Source of the DNA: Candidatus Hermodarchaeota archaeon
GTDB taxonomy: Archaea; Asgardarchaeota; Lokiarchaeia; Sigyniarchaeales; SOKP01
Direction: 5' to 3'
Length of the DNA stretch: 10,448 nt
NCBI GenBank assembly: GCA_048885925.1
Contig: JBHLLG010000100.1
Coordinates: forward strand, 1-10,448
Part shown: one piece after another, positions 1-6,851 of the stretch
Position numbering within the stretch: position 1 is the stretch's first letter
Layout: the number at the start of each line of letters is the position of its first letter
Program-made: the position numbers and the translations under genes
Notes under the pieces: generated by a model
Told to the model about the DNA's origin: nothing
Database searches by the model: none
The model's input: the letters and a program-made list of their open reading frames with translations, nothing else

Positions 1-887
1 GTCGTTTTCAATTTATTCCAGAATCTTTTAACTTTGAAAAAGAAAATTTTGATCCAATAGAATCTAAAGGGGATCTTTTAGAATTTCCAGATGGTTCACA
101 TCAATTGGAACTTAAACCGTTTACTGCAATCAGAGGTTCATATGTAACGTATTGTCCAGAATGTAGATACTTGATAAAATTTGCAACAGGGATAGGTAGA
201 AAAGAAAAACTTGAAGACCCTTCTCTAATTAAAAAATTGGGGGGAATTAAGGAGTTTGGGAAAATATATAAATATAATTATGATTCAAATGAAAAACCCT
301 ACATGGATTACTCAGATTATTTTATAGAAAAAGTGGATCACATTAAAAAGAATATTAAAAGTGCTTTAGATGAGGTAAATTTTGTCAAATGGAGTGTTTC
401 CTATAATAAGTGGAAAGCTGATAAATCTATTGACTCATTCAAGTTCTTGATCCATTTTTATTCAGATTTAATAGATTATCTAAATTCTCAAGTAGAAGAT
501 CATAATAATAAAACTGTAATACAAAAAATAGAGGAATTAGATTTATCAAAAAGCCTTGAGTTATTAATCAAACAAGTAGATGAATTAAGAAATAAAATAT
601 CACATGATTCTTACGAACTAACTGTAGAAGAAGAAGAGTTAATTGAGAGATCTTTCACCCAGTTTATATTTTATTTAATTATGAAGCAATTAAAACCATT
701 AAATTTAGAAAAAATCAAGATTGAACCAGAATATAACTTTATTGACAAAGATAAGATTAAATATGAAATCCAAGAATTTTTGGACTTATATTTAGGAAAA
801 GTTTTACATATAAAAGAATTTTATAATAGGATTTTAATTCCTCTATTTGAAGAACTTGGAGTTAGAACACCTGGTTACGTAATTTAA
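1..887 (+). CDS. Hypothetical protein with a CxxC (CPEC) motif and a helical C-terminal region; 5'-truncated by the window edge
   Basis: The ORF track starts at a TTG at 105, but the same frame is open back to position 3 (RFQFIPESFNFEKENFDPIESKGDLLEFPDGSHQL...), so the real start is probably upstream of the window. It contains YVTYCPECRY followed by a K/E/L/I-rich, probably helical region. Stop TAA at 885-887. No family recognised. Confidence 0.75.
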   Translation, partial: RFQFIPESFNFEKENFDPIESKGDLLEFPDGSHQLELKPFTAIRGSYVTYCPECRYLIKFATGIGRKEKLEDPSLIKKLGGIKEFGKIYKYNYDSNEKPYMDYSDYFIEKVDHIKKNIKSALDEVNFVKWSVSYNKWKADKSIDSFKFLIHFYSDLIDYLNSQVEDHNNKTVIQKIEELDLSKSLELLIKQVDELRNKISHDSYELTVEEEELIERSFTQFIFYLIMKQLKPLNLEKIKIEPEYNFIDKDKIKYEIQEFLDLYLGKVLHIKEFYNRILIPLFEELGVRTPGYVI

Positions 888-909
888 AGATTTAAATAAT
901 AGACTAAAA

Positions 910-2151
910 TTAAATTCGCAAACTGCGAAGTAAAGATGGACACAAGCGAAGACTATTCCAAATACCTAACTTTTTTACAATTTTAAACTTACGAGACATA
1001 AATACCTCCCAACTTTTTTTTCTTGTTTGGCTTCCTGAGAACAAAGCAATAATTGATTGCAGCATCTCTGGATCTTCCTGTGCTATTGAAAAAGAAGCTT
1101 CGATAATTCTGTCCATGAGTCCACTATGATACAGAAGATGATGGAATTTGTATGTATATCGCAAATCTTCATTGTAAAGATGCTTTAATAGAAGTTCATG
1201 ATATCGAGCAAGGTAAGTTTCCCCAAAATCCTCTTTTTCTAACGCTTGACAGAAAACTTCTGCTGCTAACTTTCCAGACAACCGAGCTTGGTAAATTCCC
1301 TCGTATACAATAGGATCTGCAGTTCCACATGCATCTCCTATAACCATTACTCTTCCTCGATATGGTTTTGCTATTAAACGATCTGGAACGGGTGCACCCC
1401 AGATTTTACGACCGCCGAATGCTTTCATTTCTCTTCCATTAATTCTCTCTTTGATAAATCGATTATTTAGAAACGATTCAAAATGAGACATTTTTATACT
1501 TTTACTTAACACTCCAATACTCACTGCTTCACGTTTGGGAAATGCCCAAGCCACACCATGATCGATGAATTTTGGATCGAAGAATTCCCAAACTCGATTA
1601 CCGAATTTTTCATCAATAACTGACTCTGGGATATCGAACTCCGCTTGTATTGTATTTATTATGGGTGGAACCTCCATTCCAAGACTTCTCTGAAGTCGAG
1701 CTCCGCCAATGCCCGTTGCGAGAATCACACATTTACTTCGTAATTCTTCGAGTCCATTTATAATTACACCTCCGCCTTTAGAGACCTCAACTTTTTTTAC
1801 TCTAAATTTGTATCTAACCTGAGCACCTGCATCTTGAGCTAAATTTACAAGAAATTTGTCGAAATCTGTTCGAAACATGCAATAACCCTTATCTTTACCT
1901 CCTTGAGTTACGAATTCCATTGGTCCGCTCTTAGGAGTTACCAAAACTCCACCAGTAATTTCACGTTCACCAATATCACGAGGAATTGGTGAAAATTTCT
2001 CGTTGGAAACTGGAATACCTCCAGCACAACACTTATATCGACCTTCATCCCCTGCTTCAAGGATACATACTTTTGCTCCACCTTCTGCTGCAATCTTTGC
2101 AGCTGTAGCGCCACTTGGACCGCCTCCGACTATTATTAGATCATATGTCAT
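910..2151 (-). CDS. Geranylgeranyl reductase family FAD-dependent oxidoreductase (DGGR/ChlP/FixC-like)
   Basis: N-terminal dinucleotide-binding YDLIIVGGGPSGATAA, then KCCAGGI, RTDFDKFL...AQDAGA, ILATG, WAFPK, VIGDACG and DPIVYEGIYQARLSGKLAAE. Motif order and the 413-aa length match the GGR family. Confidence 0.92.
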   Translation of the reverse strand: MTYDLIIVGGGPSGATAAKIAAEGGAKVCILEAGDEGRYKCCAGGIPVSNEKFSPIPRDIGEREITGGVLVTPKSGPMEFVTQGGKDKGYCMFRTDFDKFLVNLAQDAGAQVRYKFRVKKVEVSKGGGVIINGLEELRSKCVILATGIGGARLQRSLGMEVPPIINTIQAEFDIPESVIDEKFGNRVWEFFDPKFIDHGVAWAFPKREAVSIGVLSKSIKMSHFESFLNNRFIKERINGREMKAFGGRKIWGAPVPDRLIAKPYRGRVMVIGDACGTADPIVYEGIYQARLSGKLAAEVFCQALEKEDFGETYLARYHELLLKHLYNEDLRYTYKFHHLLYHSGLMDRIIEASFSIAQEDPEMLQSIIALFSGSQTRKKSWEVFMSRKFKIVKKLGIWNSLRLCPSLLRSLRI

Positions 2152-2181
2152 TATAAAAACCTGATAATAGAAGATATTGTA

Positions 2182-2194
2182 TATTTAAAATTTC
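2182..2194 (-). promoter_or_regulatory. Putative archaeal BRE/TATA element for the GGR-family gene
   Basis: The minus strand reads GAAATTTTAAATA, with TTTAAATA at 2182-2189, about 30 nt upstream of the ATG at 2151. This fits a short-leader archaeal transcript. Evidence is weak because the region is very AT-rich. Confidence 0.35.
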
Positions 2195-2214
2195 TACAAA
2201 TGAATTTTCTTCCT

Positions 2215-2228
2215 AAAAGTTTTATAAG
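2215..2228 (+). promoter_or_regulatory. Possible BRE/TATA element upstream of the alpha/beta hydrolase
   Basis: AAAAGTTTTATAAG is a purine run followed by TTTATAA, lying in the divergent intergenic region about 130 nt before the ATG at 2355. Sequence resemblance only. Confidence 0.25.
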
Positions 2229-2354
2229 TAATAGTAACAAACTACTTCATAAATATATACATTAACCAGCATCAATTTAATTTATGTAACTAAGAATATC
2301 CAATTTAAATAATTAGTTCTTAACATTAAAAATGAAATCAATGAGGTTAAAATA

Positions 2355-3203
2355 ATGACTATCGCTAAGCTTAATAATACTGAGATATATTATGATGAGC
2401 ATGGTTCAGGAGTTCCATTTTTAGTCATGCATGGTGGTTTAGGGATTGATCATTCCTATTTTCGTCCAGCAATTGATCCTCTTGGTGATATTTTCAAATT
2501 AATTTTTTATGATCATAGAGGAGAAGGTCGATCTGGTAGACCACCATTCAATACTATCACACTAGAACAATTAGCAGACGATGCTAATAGTTTGCGTAAG
2601 ATATTAGGCTATAAAAATATAGGTCTTATTGGGCATTCTTTTGGTGGATCTGTTGCTTTACACTATGCTACTCGTCATCCGAAGAAAATTAGTTATTTGA
2701 TACTGATGAATGCCAGTCCTGCATTTGATTACTGGGAAGAGGTAATGAAACATATAATGCAAAAAAATCTAACACCCGAAATGAGAGAAACTTTAAATGC
2801 TCCAGTTGATCGTACAATAGAAGGTTTTAGAAAACAATTTAAAATCACGGCCCCGCTATACTTTTATAGGTATAATTCTGAAATGGAAAAGTTAATTAAT
2901 AAAATATTAAAAAAAATGATATTAAATCCGGAAACAGCCGCATTAAATGAAACAATATTACCAAATTATAATGTACTTTCAAAACTTACAGAAATTGAAA
3001 TTCCAACATTGATTTTAGCAGGAAAAAATGATATTATTACTCCATTATCCCAAGCTCAACGTATATATAAGAAAATTCCCAATTCGGAGTTGCATATTTT
3101 TGAAAAATCTGGTCATTATCCTTTTTATGAGGAACCAAATGAAGTTTTTGGAGTTATTCGTGGGTGGTTCAAAAAGGTATATCATAAACAGGATATACAT
3201 TAA
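2355..3203 (+). CDS. Alpha/beta fold hydrolase (proline iminopeptidase/esterase-like, Abhydrolase_1)
   Basis: Oxyanion motif MHGGLG, YDHRGEGRS, nucleophile elbow GHSFGG, acid residue in LAGKNDII and catalytic His in SGHYPF give a complete Ser-Asp-His triad. 282 aa. The substrate cannot be determined from motifs. Confidence 0.92.
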   Translation: MTIAKLNNTEIYYDEHGSGVPFLVMHGGLGIDHSYFRPAIDPLGDIFKLIFYDHRGEGRSGRPPFNTITLEQLADDANSLRKILGYKNIGLIGHSFGGSVALHYATRHPKKISYLILMNASPAFDYWEEVMKHIMQKNLTPEMRETLNAPVDRTIEGFRKQFKITAPLYFYRYNSEMEKLINKILKKMILNPETAALNETILPNYNVLSKLTEIEIPTLILAGKNDIITPLSQAQRIYKKIPNSELHIFEKSGHYPFYEEPNEVFGVIRGWFKKVYHKQDIH

Positions 3204-3952
3204 AGATTATGGGGAGCAAGATTATTCCTATTTGAATCCCAACAATACATATCATAGGTTGGTTCTGAACTTAATCTTCCATCTTTGATCCATATGTTTT
3301 TCCCTGAAGGTTGTTCTGAGATAAGTGCTGCAACACGAGGATCATGAGTTACAATTATTATTGTTCTTCCTTTTTCAACAAGTTTTATTAATAATTCTAT
3401 TATAGCTTTTCCAGTTTCAGAGTCCAAATTGCCTGTTGGTTCATCAGCTAATATTACCTTTGGATCATTAATTAAGGCTCGAGCAATTGCTACTCTTTGA
3501 GATTCTCCACCTGATAATTTTCTTACTTTAGTATGCGTCCTATCACCAAGACCCACTGTTTCTAAGATCTCTTGAGCTCGTTTCCGATCTTCATCTTTTA
3601 TTCCATACGGGATTAATGGGATAAGAACATTCCCAATTACATCTATATTTGGTAATAGATAAAAATTCTGAAAAATAAAACCAATAGTATTTTTGCGATA
3701 ATTGGACAATTTACGTTCAGGAAGTTTCGCTATATCTATGTCATTCACCATAACAGTTCCTGATGTTGGTATGTCCATTGCTCCTAAGATATTTAATAAT
3801 GTACTTTTTCCACTTCCAGAGGGCCCCATTATAGTAATAATTTTACCTTCCTCTATCGTTAAATCCACTTGGTCTAGTGCTTTAATAGTGGTTCTTTCTT
3901 CGCCATATATTTTACTAACATTTTTTAAATTTATAATAGAAATTTCCATCAC
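3200..3952 (-). CDS. ABC transporter ATP-binding protein, LolD/MacB/SalX-like
   Basis: Walker A GPSGSGKST, Q-loop GFIFQNFYL, signature LSGGESQR, Walker B ILADEPTGNLD and H-loop VTHD. The start is either GTG at 3952 or ATG at 3949. It lies 4 nt downstream of the permease stop. Confidence 0.96.
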   Translation of the reverse strand: MMEISIINLKNVSKIYGEERTTIKALDQVDLTIEEGKIITIMGPSGSGKSTLLNILGAMDIPTSGTVMVNDIDIAKLPERKLSNYRKNTIGFIFQNFYLLPNIDVIGNVLIPLIPYGIKDEDRKRAQEILETVGLGDRTHTKVRKLSGGESQRVAIARALINDPKVILADEPTGNLDSETGKAIIELLIKLVEKGRTIIIVTHDPRVAALISEQPSGKNIWIKDGRLSSEPTYDMYCWDSNRNNLAPHNL

Positions 3953-3956
3953 CTCT

Positions 3957-5192
3957 TTATTCTCCTTTTAAGACCACTACAGGTCTTACTCTTGAAGCTT
4001 TAATTCCCGGATATAATCCTCCAAGAACACCTAATCCTAATGCATATAATAATACTTCAATTACACCTCTTATAGTAATTATTGCTGTAACACCTCCAAA
4101 AGGACTTAAACCACTTCCTAATATGAAAATTAATAAACTTCCAATACCTAACCCTATAGTTGCTCCCAATCCACCCAATATCAGAGATTCATAAATAACG
4201 TCTAGAAAAATATGCCGATTTTTCCAACCAGTTGCTTTTAAGATAGCAAATTCTTTCATTCGAGCGGAAACAGACATTAATTGAGTTACAATTATGGCCA
4301 TGCCTCCTGCAAGAACAACAATAAAACTTAATATAGCAGTAAAGGCATCAAATATTGCAAAAGTATCTTCAATTTCTCGTAAAAATGTTGCAAGCGAAAA
4401 GGCAGTTATAAAAATTGATGAATATCCACCTTCATCGGAGTAATCATTAATTCTTTCTACAAACTTATCTGTATCATCATGGCCCTTGACATTAAATCTG
4501 AGTGAGATCAGTGTGTAAATATTACTTTCTTCACTGGCTAGTTCTAAAAAATTCCAAATAGTTTGAATATCAGTATATATATAATAATCTCTTGGTACAA
4601 AAGAAGGTGTTCCTGAATCCTCTTGCTCGTAGATCCCAACTATTGTGAGTGTAGTTTTATTAAAACCTCCAAGATCAAATTTTATGGTGATATTACTTCC
4701 AATTGAAATAGGAAATTTAGCTATATCCAATAAACGTGAATCTATTATAGTTTCGTTTTTATTATTCTCAAAATTTCTACCTTCGATTATTTTAGTAGTT
4801 GCTCCTTTCCAACCTTGATCAATCACGTAATTTAAACCTTTTAGAATAAGCCTATCTCCAGCAACACTCAAATTATCAAAATAATCTGAAGTAAAGTAAT
4901 CTGGTGCTTGAGTTTCTACATTAAAATTTAAAATAAATTCACCTACATCTGGTGTGTTTAGCAATTCTTCTCGAAGACTCAACGGGAGATGACTATCAGA
5001 ACCTTGCTGTAATTTTTCGGTGATATTAACTATTCCTAATGTTCTCGTAAGACTATCTTGAAATTGAGTACTCACTCCCGCTGTGAATGCTCCAATCACA
5101 AAAACTAACATCAAGCCAAATCCAACACCAACACTGGCAAGAATTGCAATTAATTTTTTTCTAAAAGCATTTTTTATACTAAATAACAACAT
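3957..5192 (-). CDS. ABC transporter permease, MacB/FtsX/LolE family
   Basis: N-terminal KNAFRKK followed by a TM helix, a large extracytoplasmic domain (IIEGRNF, LTIVGIY), then SVSARMKEFAILKATGW...ESLILG and C-terminal GGLYPGIKASRVRPVVVLKGE. This is the typical 4-TM MacB/FtsX layout, adjacent to its ATPase. Confidence 0.94.
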   Translation of the reverse strand: MLLFSIKNAFRKKLIAILASVGVGFGLMLVFVIGAFTAGVSTQFQDSLTRTLGIVNITEKLQQGSDSHLPLSLREELLNTPDVGEFILNFNVETQAPDYFTSDYFDNLSVAGDRLILKGLNYVIDQGWKGATTKIIEGRNFENNKNETIIDSRLLDIAKFPISIGSNITIKFDLGGFNKTTLTIVGIYEQEDSGTPSFVPRDYYIYTDIQTIWNFLELASEESNIYTLISLRFNVKGHDDTDKFVERINDYSDEGGYSSIFITAFSLATFLREIEDTFAIFDAFTAILSFIVVLAGGMAIIVTQLMSVSARMKEFAILKATGWKNRHIFLDVIYESLILGGLGATIGLGIGSLLIFILGSGLSPFGGVTAIITIRGVIEVLLYALGLGVLGGLYPGIKASRVRPVVVLKGE

Positions 5193-5357
5193 CTCTTTAC
5201 ACTTTTTAGTTAGTAAACGAAAATATATTAAAAATATAACTATTATTGGATTTAAGAGAAGTTAAAAGTGCTAAAAAAGATTTTTAATTTAAAATATTAG
5301 TTAAACTATAAATTCTTAAAAATATCCATAAAACTCTTAGTTGAATATTTATATATC

Positions 5358-5822
5358 TTAAATTACAATGTCTTTAATTTGACCTAACTTTTCAATTTTA
5401 TTATATTTTTTATTCTTTGAATTAAAATGCACAAAGATAGGAGAATCATTTAGAGATGGATTTGTTACGTAAAGTAATTTATCTCCATATTTGATTGATT
5501 GAAATACTAAAGGTAGGTGATGTCGGAATATTTTATCTCGCATGTTAGCCCATCCAAATATAAACCCTCCACTCACATGAACATATACATGCAATTCATA
5601 TTGCCCTTTATTTTCTTGCCATTCAGCTAAAACTTCATCCCTCATAAATCGTGTATAAAGACTTGATATTTGCTTGTATTCAAACTCAGTTCCTATGGTT
5701 AGGAATAGATCGCCCGTTGAATCAGAATGAGTTAACGTATATTTGCGAGGTAATATTAACTTATTAGCATCAATTGAATCTTTATATACAACGTGTAGTT
5801 TTTCAGGGTTTAAACTTGACAT
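5358..5822 (-). CDS. Staygreen (SGR) family protein, Mg-dechelatase homologue
   Basis: Family-diagnostic motifs: LNPEKLHV, PRKYTLTHSDSTGDLFLTIG, RDEVLAEW, LHVYVHVSGG, R..IF..HLP, YGD, P.L..SPIFVHFNS....N. 154 aa, with no transit peptide and no plant C-terminal Cys-rich tail. Confidence 0.93.
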   Translation of the reverse strand: MSSLNPEKLHVVYKDSIDANKLILPRKYTLTHSDSTGDLFLTIGTEFEYKQISSLYTRFMRDEVLAEWQENKGQYELHVYVHVSGGFIFGWANMRDKIFRHHLPLVFQSIKYGDKLLYVTNPSLNDSPIFVHFNSKNKKYNKIEKLGQIKDIVI

Positions 5823-5957
5823 AATTATATCTAACTTATTTTTGAATTATGTTTAAAACTTATTCTTATAAAGTATTAATATAAAATATTTAAGATTGTT
5901 TGAAATTAAAGATAATAAGATAGATTGACTAAAAATATACTTAATTAGATGATATAA

Positions 5958-6785
5958 ATGAGAACTTTAAAAGGAAAAACAATTTTCATTACGGGTGCTA
6001 GTAGGGGTATAGGGAAAGCAATTGCATTAAAAGTTGCTAAGGACGGAGCTAATATTGCGGTAGTTGCTAAAACTAAGGAACCACATCCCAAATTACCAGG
6101 AACTGTATTCACTTCGGTTGAAGATATCAAATCCGCGGGTGGTAATGCTGTCCCGTGCATAACTGATATAAGATTTGAGGATCAAGTTCAAATTGCTGTT
6201 GAAACTACAATTGAAAAATTTGGAGGAATTGATATCCTAATAAATAATGCTAGTGCGATTAACTTGTCCCCCACTTCAGATATTTCTATGAAACGCTATG
6301 ATCTTATGTTTTCAGTTAATGTTCGTGGAACATTCTTATGCTCAAAGTTATGTATTCCCTATCTAAAAAAAGCTGAGAATCCTCATATCCTTAATTTATC
6401 CCCTCCATTGAATATGGACCCAAAATGGTTTAAGAATAATTTAGCTTATACTATGGCTAAATATGGTATGAGCATGTGTGTTCTGGGTATGGCAGAAGAA
6501 TTTAAAAATGAAGGAATTGCTGTGAATGCATTATGGCCTCGCACATCAATAGCTACTTCCGCGGTTAAAAATTTATTGGGTGGTGAATCTTCAATGAAAC
6601 ATTCAAGAAAACCAGAAATAGTAGCAGACGCTGCCTATCTCATTTTGACAAAACCAAGCAGAGAATGTACAGGAAACTTTTTTATCGATGAGGATATACT
6701 AATTGAACATGGAATAACCGATTTACAAAAATATGCCGTAGATCCTAACGTTGAACCATATCTAGACTTCTTCCTTCAAAAATAA
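5958..6785 (+). CDS. Short-chain dehydrogenase/reductase, HSDL2/AtuG-like subfamily (no SCP2 domain)
   Basis: TGASRGIG cofactor motif, AKTKEPHPKLPGT (characteristic of the HSDL2-like subgroup), INNASAI, LSPPLNM, catalytic YTMAK followed by YGMS, NALWPRT, ADAAY and GNFFIDE. 275 aa. Confidence 0.94.
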   Translation: MRTLKGKTIFITGASRGIGKAIALKVAKDGANIAVVAKTKEPHPKLPGTVFTSVEDIKSAGGNAVPCITDIRFEDQVQIAVETTIEKFGGIDILINNASAINLSPTSDISMKRYDLMFSVNVRGTFLCSKLCIPYLKKAENPHILNLSPPLNMDPKWFKNNLAYTMAKYGMSMCVLGMAEEFKNEGIAVNALWPRTSIATSAVKNLLGGESSMKHSRKPEIVADAAYLILTKPSRECTGNFFIDEDILIEHGITDLQKYAVDPNVEPYLDFFLQK

Positions 6786-6851
6786 ATTTTATTTGCGTTG
6801 ATTTATTTACAAAAAGTTCCATTCAGAAGATGGTATTATTTCTCTAGAAAT

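Noticed and set aside
2355-3203. Calling the hydrolase a pheophytinase or chlorophyllase
   Set aside because: Its motifs (HGGLG, GHSFGG) fit generic or proline-iminopeptidase-like hydrolases. The pigment role comes only from context, so it is kept as a hypothesis.
3028-3288. 86-aa + strand ORF
   Set aside because: Out-of-frame overlap with the hydrolase 3' end and antisense to the ABC ATPase; no recognisable motifs.
3702-3971. 89-aa + strand ORF
   Set aside because: Antisense shadow of the ABC ATPase Walker A region.
5083-5265. 60-aa + strand ORF
   Set aside because: Antisense to the permease N-terminus; short and without motifs.
5945-6160. 71-aa - strand ORF
   Set aside because: Antisense shadow of the SDR gene.
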